Source: Candidatus Saccharimonadota bacterium (GTDB lineage: Bacteria > Patescibacteriota > Saccharimonadia > Saccharimonadales > Saccharimonadaceae). From it: 32,000 nt of DNA. The DNA lies in the NCBI GenBank assembly GCA_001029695.1, contig CP011211.1, forward strand, positions 480,001 to 512,000, written 5' to 3'. Under the pieces are notes generated by a model. That model was not told the DNA's origin. It worked only from the letters and a program-made list of their open reading frames with translations, and ran no database searches. Every line of letters begins with the position of its first letter. Within the stretch, counting starts at the first letter, position 1. Below, in pieces: positions 15,848 to 25,188 of this stretch. Made by a program: the position numbers and the translations under genes.

Positions 15848-18736
15848 CTATTTGCTCTTTTGCGTCCTCATCAAACGCCAAATCACAAACCCAATTATAA
15901 GTAATCCTAAGAAGCCAAACGCCAAAAAGACGATATCTCGCAGGAAGTAAAGAATGGCAAGCGAAGCAGCACTAAGCCCCCACCACAACGCCCAACTTTG
16001 CTGCCTCATGGCACCAAATATAAGCAATCCAACATGTTCTACCAAGAACAACAGAGCGTAGCCCCCTCCGCTACCCAAAGCATATAGCGCCGTCGAACCC
16101 GTCACCATCGCCATGGCGATGATACATCGTTGCTGTGTCACCGCGTTCCTTAAGAATCCAGCAAGAACAATAGTTATTGCCCAGTAGTGTGCATAAAAAA
16201 CAATATTCAGCTCAGGCAATAACACACCGAGCACGCGCTGCACACCAAGTGTCGCCAAATACACAGCAGCCTCAATGATGCCGTACATTTGTCGTCGGTA
16301 TCCCTCGACAGCCATAATGCCAGCTCCAGCAATAAGCGTCATCGCGGCGGCGATAGGAAGCGGGAAGAATTGCGTTACAATCGCAAATGCAAGGACGACA
16401 CCTGTCGAAACAAGTAAAATATCCGCGCGTTGCGTATCGTGTCTTGAACGTAGTGTCCAATACAGCCCATAAAATAGCATCGCCGTAATCCATGAAATGC
16501 CGATAATCGCCCAGGTCGAATCAAGCCCGAACAATGACCATATTCGCAATCCTGCAACAACCAGAAGAGCATTACCCAGTGCAATTACAAATGGCTTTTC
16601 TTCGATATATGAAGCTACCCACGCAATACCCGCGCAAATCAACAACACTCCAATCCCTTCACCCCCCGAAAGCCCAAGCGACAGTAGTAATGCGATAACA
16701 GTAAAGATAGGGTACGCAACAACTGCGAGACGACGAGCGTTATTCTTCTCTCCTCCAAACAAGCTTGCCTGGCGACGAATCAGTATTGTGATCATTGCCG
16801 CAACAAGCAACAATCCACATGTGAGCTGAGTAACCAAAGTCTGCTGCCATATACCGCCAATAATCGTCACACCGATGCTCATTTGTGTTACAGCAAACGC
16901 CAGGAATGCTCTATTGTATTGTCGGTTATGTGACTGCACGAAGAGCATAATCATATGAAGTGTCGCTCCAACACCTCCAATAAAAAGTGGTCGCCAAGCC
17001 GCTTCAAGATCGATCGTCCAGCTGAGCGCAGTAAGTGAAATCAGCGTCATGATGGACGCAGCAAGTTGAGCGTAGACCTGACGCCAAAGGTACGAAGCAA
17101 GCAGCATATGAAGAGTCGCGACACCAAATATACCTGCGATATACCCCGAATTGCTGCTCATAAGTGCAAGTAGTAGAGATAGTCCGAGTAAAATCATAGC
17201 ACTTATCATGACAAACAACCGCAATGACGTTGATCTCGTGCGCAAGCGATAATACAGCACATGCATGACCCATGCCATACACATAAACAAGATAGCTATC
17301 GCTGCGTACGACCAGACAGGATCAAGCACTTGACGCGTCGTTATGAGCGTCACAAACACCAAAGAAGCCAATCCTACATATCCGTATCGTGCATCTCGCA
17401 GACGAAGCGCAGCTGTGAGCCCCGTAAGTCCAATCAATAATAATGCAAACACTGTAAGGAGCGATGAGTGTGCATCGCTTTGCCAGAATAGCACCGCACC
17501 AAGTTGCAAGCCAAACAGACAGCATATCCACCACTGCTCAACACGACGACGTAGCGTCGTCTGCTTCACTCGTAGCAATGAGTACACCTGCTGTAATGAC
17601 GCTAGAATAAATGCATACCCACCAAACGTAACAATATGATCACTTAATACACCCCAACCAACCAACAGAAGTGTCACATGACCCAACGCACGGATCGCCG
17701 ACTCATACTCAAGACTCCTTGTCTGAAGCCATGCGACAATATAATGGAGTGTTGCAAGGGCAAATAAAACTTGATAACTAACGATATTCATCTGACTATG
17801 CACAAATAGGCTCGCAATAAGTACCAATGGCGTCACAAATTGACCCGTTTGTTCAATTGGCTCTCGAAATACCTCTGGCACCCACTGAGGTTTGACACTT
17901 CCGAGCAGTCCAGCCCCTATTGAAACAATAATAAGCAACGCTAATTGCCAAATAATAAACGTACTCACCGTAGCACCCGCTGCAGCTGCAAGCGATAAAA
18001 GGAATGCCATCGTGAGATAGGAGACGAGCTGACTTTGCAGCTTTATAGCAGCGACAGAGTATGCGATAAGGCCGATAATTGACGTAAGCGCCCAAGCGGC
18101 AACAGAACCGATCTCCGTGTAGCTATATAGAGCGAGCCCCGCAAATGGAACCAATGCCAGGCCAGTACCAAGAAAAGCCATGCCCGCTGGACGCAGCCGC
18201 TCACTACCGGCGTATAGCCCCATACCAACACCGTAAAATACAATGACGATCAACCACACGCCGATCAGCTTCACAATATCAGCAATATCAGTGGCGATAA
18301 ATGCCACTCCAGCAGCAATCAAAAGAAAACTCGCCATATAGAGCAAGATGTTAAGATTACGAATCGAACGCTGCTCTTTTTGAATACTCTCATCGAGAGG
18401 AGGAGCAGCAACCGCTCGCTCTTCTATTGGAGCTACTTCTTGCGCTTCAGAAGTATTGTTCGTAGATTCGTCATACAACACAGCCTCTGCATCGTACACT
18501 GAAGGTTCTAGCGCAGAAGATGATTCAACGACACCATACTTGCCCTGATCAATGAGCGACTGCAATGCCTCGCGGTCAAGCTTTGGTTGTGCCATTTCAT
18601 CTTGAAGCTTTTCGCCAAACGCGCGGTAACCATCCCAATAGCCTCTGCCGTACTGATCATCAGATTCGGGTGATTTGGATCGCACCGCAACCGCGATGAC
18701 GATACCAATAATAATTACAAATAATAAGAATCCCAT
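15848..18736 (-). CDS. very large polytopic membrane protein (more than 20 hydrophobic segments by eye), function unknown
   Basis: 962 aa. N-terminal TM, ~120-aa acidic soluble segment, then almost uninterrupted TM helices to the C-terminus. SD AAGGGAG upstream. General architecture recalls DUF2339-type proteins, but this is not verified. Confidence 0.65.
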   Translation of the reverse strand: MGFLLFVIIIGIVIAVAVRSKSPESDDQYGRGYWDGYRAFGEKLQDEMAQPKLDREALQSLIDQGKYGVVESSSALEPSVYDAEAVLYDESTNNTSEAQEVAPIEERAVAAPPLDESIQKEQRSIRNLNILLYMASFLLIAAGVAFIATDIADIVKLIGVWLIVIVFYGVGMGLYAGSERLRPAGMAFLGTGLALVPFAGLALYSYTEIGSVAAWALTSIIGLIAYSVAAIKLQSQLVSYLTMAFLLSLAAAAGATVSTFIIWQLALLIIVSIGAGLLGSVKPQWVPEVFREPIEQTGQFVTPLVLIASLFVHSQMNIVSYQVLFALATLHYIVAWLQTRSLEYESAIRALGHVTLLLVGWGVLSDHIVTFGGYAFILASLQQVYSLLRVKQTTLRRRVEQWWICCLFGLQLGAVLFWQSDAHSSLLTVFALLLIGLTGLTAALRLRDARYGYVGLASLVFVTLITTRQVLDPVWSYAAIAILFMCMAWVMHVLYYRLRTRSTSLRLFVMISAMILLGLSLLLALMSSNSGYIAGIFGVATLHMLLASYLWRQVYAQLAASIMTLISLTALSWTIDLEAAWRPLFIGGVGATLHMIMLFVQSHNRQYNRAFLAFAVTQMSIGVTIIGGIWQQTLVTQLTCGLLLVAAMITILIRRQASLFGGEKNNARRLAVVAYPIFTVIALLLSLGLSGGEGIGVLLICAGIAWVASYIEEKPFVIALGNALLVVAGLRIWSLFGLDSTWAIIGISWITAMLFYGLYWTLRSRHDTQRADILLVSTGVVLAFAIVTQFFPLPIAAAMTLIAGAGIMAVEGYRRQMYGIIEAAVYLATLGVQRVLGVLLPELNIVFYAHYWAITIVLAGFLRNAVTQQRCIIAMAMVTGSTALYALGSGGGYALLFLVEHVGLLIFGAMRQQSWALWWGLSAASLAILYFLRDIVFLAFGFLGLLIIGFVIWRLMRTQKSK

Positions 18737-18791
18737 TGCTACACTCCCTTATGCGTAGCTTAATTCTAACGTATTTGTATAGACTTGCCTA

Positions 18792-19886
18792 CTAAAAGAG
18801 GCTACGTTTTTTGGCGCCAGTAAACTGCTCGAGAAGTTCTTTTTGCTTCTTTGAGAGTTTCGTTGGCGTATCGACAATAATGCTTACGATATGCGAACCA
18901 CGTGATTCACTACGAAGATGTGGCACACCATGCTTTGAGAGCTTAAAATCAGTACCGCTCTGAGTACCAGCAGGCACTTTCATGCGCACTTTGCCGTCAA
19001 CCGTATCAACGTCGATCTCGGTTCCTAGTGCAGCATCAATCATGTTTACATGTTCTTCGCTCAGAATGATATCACCCTCTCGCGTAAACTTCTTGTGTGC
19101 TTTTACACGAATATGAACATACAGATCACCATGCGATCCACCACCGATTGCCTCGCCACGCTCTTTGAGACGAATCGTCGCTCCATCGTCGATTCCCGCA
19201 GGAATCTTAAGAGTAATTGTCTGCTTGCGACGTTCCGTTCCTTTACCGTGACACACTGTACATACTTTTTCAGGTACTTTACCGGCACCATGACACGTTT
19301 CACAGGTAACCGCTTGTTGCATTTGGCCAAATATCGTATTCATTACTCGCACCTGCTGACCAGCACCCTTACAGGTGTCACATACTTTCATGCTGTAGCC
19401 CGGCTCAACTGTCGTTCCTTTACAGTGAGTACATTCGCTATCAAGATCAAGCTCTATCTCACGCTCATCACCAAATACCGCCTGCTCAAAACTAAGCGTG
19501 ATACTCGTTTCGACGTCGCGCCCCCGCTTTGGTCCGCGTTGAGATTGCTGACCGCCGCCAAAGAATTGCCCAAAAATATCTCCCAGTCCGCCATCGCCAA
19601 AGTCAAAATGAACATTTTGTCCACCAAAGCCTTCAAATGGATTACCGCCAGCACCTCCACCAGATGCGCCACCGACGCCTGCGTGACCAAACTGGTCATA
19701 GCGTTGGCGTTTTTGCTGGTCCTTTAGGACTTCATAGGCTTCATTTATCTCTTTAAACTTCGTCTCATCACCACCTTCTTTATCAGGGTGATGTTTAACT
19801 GCAGCTTTACGAAAAGCCTTTTTAATTTCATCTGCTGATGCCGTTTTACCGACACCCAGTACTTCATAGTAATCGCGCTTGCTCAT
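18792..19886 (-). CDS. dnaJ: molecular chaperone DnaJ (type I, with Zn-finger)
   Basis: 364 aa. J domain DYYEVLGV...HPDK, G/F-rich linker, four CxxCxGxG motifs (CTHCKGTT, CDTCKGAG, CETCHGAG, CTVCHGKG). Confidence 0.93.
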   Translation of the reverse strand: MSKRDYYEVLGVGKTASADEIKKAFRKAAVKHHPDKEGGDETKFKEINEAYEVLKDQQKRQRYDQFGHAGVGGASGGGAGGNPFEGFGGQNVHFDFGDGGLGDIFGQFFGGGQQSQRGPKRGRDVETSITLSFEQAVFGDEREIELDLDSECTHCKGTTVEPGYSMKVCDTCKGAGQQVRVMNTIFGQMQQAVTCETCHGAGKVPEKVCTVCHGKGTERRKQTITLKIPAGIDDGATIRLKERGEAIGGGSHGDLYVHIRVKAHKKFTREGDIILSEEHVNMIDAALGTEIDVDTVDGKVRMKVPAGTQSGTDFKLSKHGVPHLRSESRGSHIVSIIVDTPTKLSKKQKELLEQFTGAKKRSLF

Positions 19887-19893
19887 TACTCTT

Positions 19894-19931
19894 ATTATAA
19901 TAAATTAGCACTCAATATTCAAGAGTGCTAA
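19894..19931 (-). promoter_or_regulatory. perfect CIRCE operator (19905-19931) with embedded dnaJ promoter TTGAAT-17-TATAAT
   Basis: TTAGCACTC-aatattcaa-GAGTGCTAA matches the CIRCE consensus exactly. On the minus strand the spacer holds TTGAAT, with TATAAT 17 nt further on and the ATG 7 nt after that. Confidence 0.9.
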
Positions 19932-19937
19932 TAGATT

Positions 19938-20579
19938 TTACGACCAGCTATTTACGTAGGCTCGCAACTCATCAAGCTGTAAAATATAGCTCTTTCGAGA
20001 ATGCGATACAAGGTTCATACGCTCTAGCTTTTTAAGTTCAGTATTTGCCGTCTCCCTGGAAATACCTAATGCATTGGCAATTTCCTGCTGTGTAATAGCA
20101 ATTTTTAATTGGGTATTATACGGCCGCAACACCACCCCTACGCGGCTCGCCATATATAGGAGTGTATGTGCAATTTTTCCTCCTGCAGTTGGCTGCTCTA
20201 GCGCTTCGACGCGTGACAGCGTAGAGAGTAAAAGTGACGTCACTCGTACCTGCCGAGCATACATACTCTCCGCGTTCTGATTAAGATAGTCCACGTAGTC
20301 CGCACGAGGCACCATGCGTACCGTACAGGAAGTAAATGCCTCATGAAAATATTGGGCCTTTTGCGTCAGCCCTAGCGTGAAGCCTATCGGGAAATCTTCA
20401 TACTTACAGTCAATCGACACAAGTCTTTCACACCCATCAACGGTAATGCCATACGTCTTCACAAGCCCCGATTCTATGACATGCACAGCGTCAGGACGCT
20501 CGCCTTTTAAGAGAATCGTTTCTCCTTTTTTAAAACTGCGGTACGGATACTTATTGAGAAATTTCTGCAGTGCTTCCAT
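19938..20579 (-). CDS. Crp/Fnr-family transcriptional regulator
   Basis: 213 aa. N-terminal cNMP-binding-like beta-barrel (FKKGETILLKGERPDAVHVIESGLVK) and C-terminal HTH (ITQQEIANALGISRETANTELKKLE). Starts 9 nt after the repeat-protein stop, with SD AAGGTG. Confidence 0.85.
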   Translation of the reverse strand: MEALQKFLNKYPYRSFKKGETILLKGERPDAVHVIESGLVKTYGITVDGCERLVSIDCKYEDFPIGFTLGLTQKAQYFHEAFTSCTVRMVPRADYVDYLNQNAESMYARQVRVTSLLLSTLSRVEALEQPTAGGKIAHTLLYMASRVGVVLRPYNTQLKIAITQQEIANALGISRETANTELKKLERMNLVSHSRKSYILQLDELRAYVNSWS

Positions 20580-20588
20580 GATGACACC

Positions 20589-22421
20589 TTAAGCAACAAA
20601 TGCTGCAATACCCTTCCTTCTAAACAATTCGATCAAGAGGCCAAAGCCGACAATCACCGATCCGCCAATCGTCATAGCTACAGAGAATGGATCATTTCGA
20701 GGACTCGCATTTGGCTGCAGGAGGCCATCGCCTTCTATGCTCGCCTCATCAGCCGCACTCGTCGGAGTAGTATTTGCACGCACAAGCTGCGCAGATGTAA
20801 CCTGGTTTTCATGGGCTACGCCACCTGTAAATGGTGCACTACTAGTAGCCGCTCCCTTCGGGGTAAAACCGAAGCGTATCGCAGGGCTTGCCTGCGTCTT
20901 TACTGGCTGCATGGCAGAATTTGGAAGAGTGTCAGGTACATCGAGTGGAATGATTGTACCGTTTTCTGTATTAATGCCAAAGCTGCCGTACCATGATCCA
21001 AAAACATTGATGAAGAGTACCCCGAACCAATCAGTCAGACTAAAACTACTCATACTTATATTAAGCACATTTGCTGAAGCGGTTGCATTTCCGGAAGTCG
21101 CATTGCCTGCCGAAGTATTTCCCGCTACAGTCGCATCACCAGACTGCGCGTTAAGCTCTATGTTATTTTTGATTGAATTTGTCGTGCTTGCTAGTGTCGG
21201 CGATCCTCCACTTGTCGATTGCGTGACACCATTACCAAGTGCTGCTGCAGTAGCACCCATAGGTGCATCCACAATCACCCCTACCCACTTCCCTAGTACA
21301 TTGACAAATACGAGTAAGCTATTGCTCGCAGTGACCTGCCTACCAGTTAGATTAAGTACCGTTAGGTTTGTACTTGCTGTACCACTTGTCGCATCTCCAG
21401 CTGCGGTGTTGTGACTGACATCAGCCTGCCCAGAAGATGCGTTAAGTGCGATAGTGTTGATAATTGACTGCGAGTCTTCACTTACGAGCGGAACAGGACT
21501 TCCACTTGTTGCCGAACTTGATGCAGCGTTTGACGCAATGAGTTGTGGAATAAAGTCTGGTGAAATCAGAATATCACCATCGAGGTTACCGTAAATATTA
21601 ATCGTCCCTATAAATGACTTGTTTGCAGCAATAATTGAATTGATGAGATTCACTACATTCGCCATAGCATGGGCGTCGCCAGAAGTTGCATTACCCGCTG
21701 TCGTGTTGTGTGACACGCTTGCATTACCAGAGGTAGCGGAAACAGATACATTATTGTCAATCGAATTCGTCGTCTCAGTATTGATCGCATTCAAAGAAGG
21801 AGGAGTACTAAGACTATTAATTACAGGCGAGAGCGTAATATCACCCATAACGTTACCGTATATATCGGAAGTAAAGTGTGCGACACCTGAGGTATCACCC
21901 TGTACCGTAGAATGAACCGTATTAATGACCGTCGTACCGCCTACCGCGCTACCCGTAGTAGCGTTTCCAGCTGTCGTATTACCTGATACCTGCGAGTTAC
22001 CCGACGTTGCAGTCGAGTTTTGCGTCACGCCAACTCCATTCGATGAGGTCGTTTCCTGCTGAGAGGTAGAGCTCCCTGTCTGACCGGTCTGCCCCGTGTC
22101 TCGATCGGGCGTTGACGGTGATGAAGATGACTGCTGCGTCTGTATAGGTGTTTCTATGGCAGGTGCAGGGCTCGAAGGCGCCGGGGCAGTCACCGGCTTT
22201 TCATATGATTTCGTTGTAGGGTTATATCCCCATTTTTCACTATCCCAGTGCTGAGTATCTTTATTATAGGTATACGTCGGCTTAACAGGTGCCGCCTCTG
22301 ATGATTGAGCATCCGGCGTCACTTCCGCTGCCATCACTGATGAAAGCGGAAAACCTCCAGCAATCACCATAGCTCCTGCATAAAGCATAGCTACTCTCAT
22401 AATCTTTTTAAACTGTTGCAT
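20589..22421 (-). CDS. secreted S/T/N/G-rich repeat protein with C-terminal membrane anchor (putative surface/adhesin-like)
   Basis: 610 aa. Signal peptide ending VMAAE, P/S/T/Q linker, four ~90-aa repeat modules, C-terminal TM GGSVIVGFGLLIELF followed by RRK. Strong SD GGAGGT 8 nt before the ATG. Confidence 0.7.
   Translation of the reverse strand: MQQFKKIMRVAMLYAGAMVIAGGFPLSSVMAAEVTPDAQSSEAAPVKPTYTYNKDTQHWDSEKWGYNPTTKSYEKPVTAPAPSSPAPAIETPIQTQQSSSSPSTPDRDTGQTGQTGSSTSQQETTSSNGVGVTQNSTATSGNSQVSGNTTAGNATTGSAVGGTTVINTVHSTVQGDTSGVAHFTSDIYGNVMGDITLSPVINSLSTPPSLNAINTETTNSIDNNVSVSATSGNASVSHNTTAGNATSGDAHAMANVVNLINSIIAANKSFIGTINIYGNLDGDILISPDFIPQLIASNAASSSATSGSPVPLVSEDSQSIINTIALNASSGQADVSHNTAAGDATSGTASTNLTVLNLTGRQVTASNSLLVFVNVLGKWVGVIVDAPMGATAAALGNGVTQSTSGGSPTLASTTNSIKNNIELNAQSGDATVAGNTSAGNATSGNATASANVLNISMSSFSLTDWFGVLFINVFGSWYGSFGINTENGTIIPLDVPDTLPNSAMQPVKTQASPAIRFGFTPKGAATSSAPFTGGVAHENQVTSAQLVRANTTPTSAADEASIEGDGLLQPNASPRNDPFSVAMTIGGSVIVGFGLLIELFRRKGIAAFVA
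20970..22031 (-). repeat. four tandem ~90-aa coding repeats
   Basis: Core SG-x-A/S-x-V-[SA]-x-NT-x-AG-[ND]-AT-[ST]-G-x-A. The cores are TSGNSQVSGNTTAGNATTGSA (139-159), TSGNASVSHNTTAGNATSGDA (230-250), SSGQADVSHNTAAGDATSGTA (329-349) and QSGDATVAGNTSAGNATSGNA (426-446). Each is followed by a hydrophobic xN[IV][YFL]Gx[WLV]xG segment. Confidence 0.75.
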
Positions 22422-22637
22422 GATGTCGTACCTCCAACGCCTCGCTCATCCATTTGCTGGCGAGTGCGGAAGAATTCTCACACTTCTCCTCCCACTCATC
22501 ATCCCATTCAGCTATACGTACATACTCTTCGAAATAGTCATCACCAGTGTGTTAATTAAAAATACTCTATTCCGTATCCGTCTTAGCCAAGCAAGCAAGC
22601 AAGGCTTCTAGAAACATCGTATAGATCTCACAAGCTA

Positions 22638-22665
22638 TTGACATATTTTATATATTTGTTATAAT
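22638..22665 (+). promoter_or_regulatory. near-consensus sigma70 promoter TTGACA-16-TATAAT
   Basis: TTGACA (22638-22643), 16-nt AT-rich spacer, TATAAT (22660-22665). About 100 nt upstream of ATG 22766. Confidence 0.6.
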
Positions 22666-22676
22666 AGTGATTAATT

Positions 22677-22745
22677 CCTTGTGGATGCAAGGTGGCTGAT
22701 CGGGAGACCGATCGGACGACATCCGTTTGCCGAGGATTCATCGGC
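22677..22745 (+). promoter_or_regulatory. structured 5' leader with three consecutive hairpins, class unknown
   Basis: CCTTG-tggatg-CAAGG (22677-22692); CTGATCGG-GAGA-CCGATCGG (22696-22715, GNRA-type loop, one G-U pair); GCCGA-ggattca-TCGGC (22729-22745). SD AAGGTG follows. Confidence 0.3.
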
Positions 22746-22765
22746 TCAGTAGAAAGGTGTGACGT

Positions 22766-23131
22766 ATGTCCACCAAACCATTTTGTATATATGTTCCCGT
22801 CGACAAGATCGTTGTCACCAACGGCCCGAGTCTGGCGCAACTGTACTTATTTGACTCATATCAGTACGAAAATGGCGGCAATGCTACACTGACATTTCTT
22901 ACCCCTGCGAGTGATAAAACTTTCACGAGAAAGGTCCGTATTTGGAACTTTGTAAGGCAGGACTGGAGTGAAATTTATAGTCGACCAGAGGTAGGTGTGG
23001 CGGATGGAGAATCATCGTTCAGCTTCGCTTATTGCGGGGAAGATCTTCACTGTTCTTACAACTACAAAACACGTAGAGGGGAGGTGATCATTTCCCACGA
23101 AAACCCCGAAGACAACCCTGACGGCAACTAA
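22766..23131 (+). CDS. hypothetical 121-aa protein (orphan, one of the few plus-strand genes)
   Basis: ORF with SD AAGGTG 8 nt upstream, a strong promoter and a downstream hairpin. No signal peptide, no recognisable family. Confidence 0.55.
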   Translation: MSTKPFCIYVPVDKIVVTNGPSLAQLYLFDSYQYENGGNATLTFLTPASDKTFTRKVRIWNFVRQDWSEIYSRPEVGVADGESSFSFAYCGEDLHCSYNYKTRRGEVIISHENPEDNPDGN

Positions 23132-23135
23132 TATA

Positions 23136-23169
23136 CAAGCCCCGCATCATTAAGTTGATGCGGGGCTTG
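23136..23169. terminator. 14-bp perfect hairpin between the convergent 121-aa gene and dnaK (bidirectional terminator candidate)
   Basis: CAAGCCCCGCATCA-ttaagt-TGATGCGGGGCTTG. U-tracts are weak on both strands. Confidence 0.55.
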
Positions 23170-23195
23170 ACACATTTCTGCGTACTTAGACGATA

Positions 23196-25097
23196 TTACT
23201 TCTCGTCTTTTTTCTCTTCTACAACTTCACCCTCAACAGGCTCATCGTCTTTTTTCTCACCATCCTCAGAAGCAGGTGCGTCTTCTTTGGCAGCTTGTTC
23301 ATACATCTTTGCACCAATTGGCATGATAGCATCATTGAGCGCTTTCACTGCTGCTTCAAGTTCTTCCTTATCAGCATCAGTATTTTCTTTTACCTTTTTA
23401 GCAACTTCGACAGCATCTTTGATAACTTTTACATCATCTTCTGAGATCTTGTCCTTGTACTCGTCAGGCATTTTTTCAGCTTGGTAAATACTGTTCTCTA
23501 GTTGATTGCGACTATCGACAGCTTCACGCTTCTTCTTGTCTTCATCAGCGTGCGCTTCGGCTTCTTTTTGTGCCTTTTCGATATCTTCTTTACTCATGTT
23601 GCCACTATCTTGGATAGTCACAGAGTTTTCTTTACCAGTGCCTTTGTCTTTCGCAGTTACGTTCAAGATACCATTTGCATCAAGACTAAATGTAACTTCA
23701 ATCTGAGGTACGCCGCGAGGTGCTGGTGCGATACCGTCAAGCACAAAACGTCCAAGTGACTTGTTGTCACTGCTCATCTCACGCTCACCCTGCAGAACAT
23801 GAATCTCTACCTGTGGCTGGTTATCCGCAGCAGTTGAGAATGTTTCAGATTTGCTGGTCGGAACCGTACTATTGCGGTCGATGAGTTTCGTGGTTACGCC
23901 ACCCATTGTCTCGATACCAAGTGAAAGTGGAGTGACGTCAAGGAGGAGAACATCTTTTACATCTCCAGCAAGTACACCACCCTGGATCGCCGCACCGACA
24001 GCAACAACTTCATCAGGATTAACACCCTTAAGTGGGTCTTTTCCAAAGATTGACTTTACTTTCTCTACGACAGCTGGCATACGAGTCATACCACCAACAA
24101 GGACGATTTCATCGATATCACTTGCCTTAAGGTCAGCGTCCTTGAGTGCTTTTTCGACAGGCTCTGCAAGTCGATCGATGAGATCCTTCACAAGATCCTC
24201 AAGCTTCGAACGAGTCAATTTGTACTCAAAGTGCTTCGGACCATCTGCATCCGCAGTAATAAACGGCAGGTTGATCTCGTACTCAGGAGTGCTCGAAAGT
24301 TCTTTCTTTGCCTTCTCCGCCTCATCCTTGAGACGCTGCATTGCCGCTTTGTCATTTTTCAAATCGATACCTTCTTCATTTTTGAAGACATCAAGGAAGT
24401 GGTTAACAATACGATTATCGAAGTCCTCACCGCCAAGGTGTGTATCACCGTGTGTTGAGCGAACTTCAAATACGCCGTCGCCTAGCTCAAGTACTGACAC
24501 GTCAAACGTACCACCACCAAGGTCGAATACAACGATCTTTTCTTCTTTTTTCGTATCAAGACCGTAAGCAAGTGCAGCAGCAGTTGGCTCATTGATGATT
24601 CGCTTTACCTCAAGGCCAGCAATCTTACCAGCATCTTTTGTCGCTTGCCTCTGCGAGTCATCGAAGTACGCAGGAACGGTAATAACCGCTTCGGTGACTT
24701 TCTCGCCGAGGAAGGCTTCCGCATCTGCTTTGATCTTTGAAAGAATCATCGCCGACACTTCTTCTGGTGAATAATCTTTGCCGCCTAGTTTAACAGCAAC
24801 GCCATCACCTTTTTTAACGATCTCATATGGCATAATATCGTGGTCTTTTTGAACTTCGTCATCACTAAACTTACGACCGATGAGTCGCTTAACACCGTAA
24901 ATCGTATCCTTTGCATTTGTGACACGCTGACGCTGTGCTACCTGCCCGACGAGTCGATCACCTTTTTTGTTGATAGCGACAACACTTGGTGTTGTTCGAT
25001 TACCTTCAGCGTTTGCGATCACTTCTGGCTTACCCGCTACCATGTACGCAAATGCGCTGTTTGTGGTACCAAGGTCAATTCCAATAATTTTTCCCAT
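23196..25097 (-). CDS. dnaK: molecular chaperone DnaK (Hsp70)
   Basis: 633 aa. [29 protein letters not shown], and an acidic EEKKDEK-type tail. Confidence 0.96.
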   Translation of the reverse strand: MGKIIGIDLGTTNSAFAYMVAGKPEVIANAEGNRTTPSVVAINKKGDRLVGQVAQRQRVTNAKDTIYGVKRLIGRKFSDDEVQKDHDIMPYEIVKKGDGVAVKLGGKDYSPEEVSAMILSKIKADAEAFLGEKVTEAVITVPAYFDDSQRQATKDAGKIAGLEVKRIINEPTAAALAYGLDTKKEEKIVVFDLGGGTFDVSVLELGDGVFEVRSTHGDTHLGGEDFDNRIVNHFLDVFKNEEGIDLKNDKAAMQRLKDEAEKAKKELSSTPEYEINLPFITADADGPKHFEYKLTRSKLEDLVKDLIDRLAEPVEKALKDADLKASDIDEIVLVGGMTRMPAVVEKVKSIFGKDPLKGVNPDEVVAVGAAIQGGVLAGDVKDVLLLDVTPLSLGIETMGGVTTKLIDRNSTVPTSKSETFSTAADNQPQVEIHVLQGEREMSSDNKSLGRFVLDGIAPAPRGVPQIEVTFSLDANGILNVTAKDKGTGKENSVTIQDSGNMSKEDIEKAQKEAEAHADEDKKKREAVDSRNQLENSIYQAEKMPDEYKDKISEDDVKVIKDAVEVAKKVKENTDADKEELEAAVKALNDAIMPIGAKMYEQAAKEDAPASEDGEKKDDEPVEGEVVEEKKDEK

Positions 25098-25154
25098 AAA
25101 TGTATTTACCCTTTCTAATTAGTCATATCTTACTCTAAGAATTCTATATTCATT

Positions 25155-25181
25155 TTAGCACTCTACTATATAGATTGCCAA
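25155..25181 (-). promoter_or_regulatory. second, degenerate CIRCE-like operator at the start of the predicted dnaK 5' UTR
   Basis: TTAGCACTC-tactatata-GATTGCCAA. The left arm is perfect. The right arm has 2 mismatches to the exact complement. It lies immediately downstream of the predicted -10 box. Confidence 0.55.
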
Positions 25182-25188
25182 TACATTC

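Noticed and set aside
19050-19727. 225-aa plus-strand ORF opposite dnaJ, and similar ORFs opposite dnaK (23851-24567) and the repeat protein (20737-21414)
   Set aside because: All three are antisense to unambiguous conserved genes. They have no SD or promoter and give low-complexity translations.
22588-22603. (CAAG)x4 tetranucleotide tract flanked by AGCC/GGCT, between the divergent surface-protein and orphan genes: possible phase-variation switch
   Set aside because: Only four units, which is below the tract lengths that normally show appreciable slippage. It also lies outside the -35/-10 spacers I could identify. Only worth checking if strain-to-strain unit number varies.
22696-22724. Guanidine-II (mini-ykkC) or c-di-GMP-I riboswitch in the 121-aa gene leader
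   Set aside because: The hairpin loops are GAGA and CGACA, not the paired ACGR tetraloops of mini-ykkC. None of the conserved GEMM-I motifs I recall is present.
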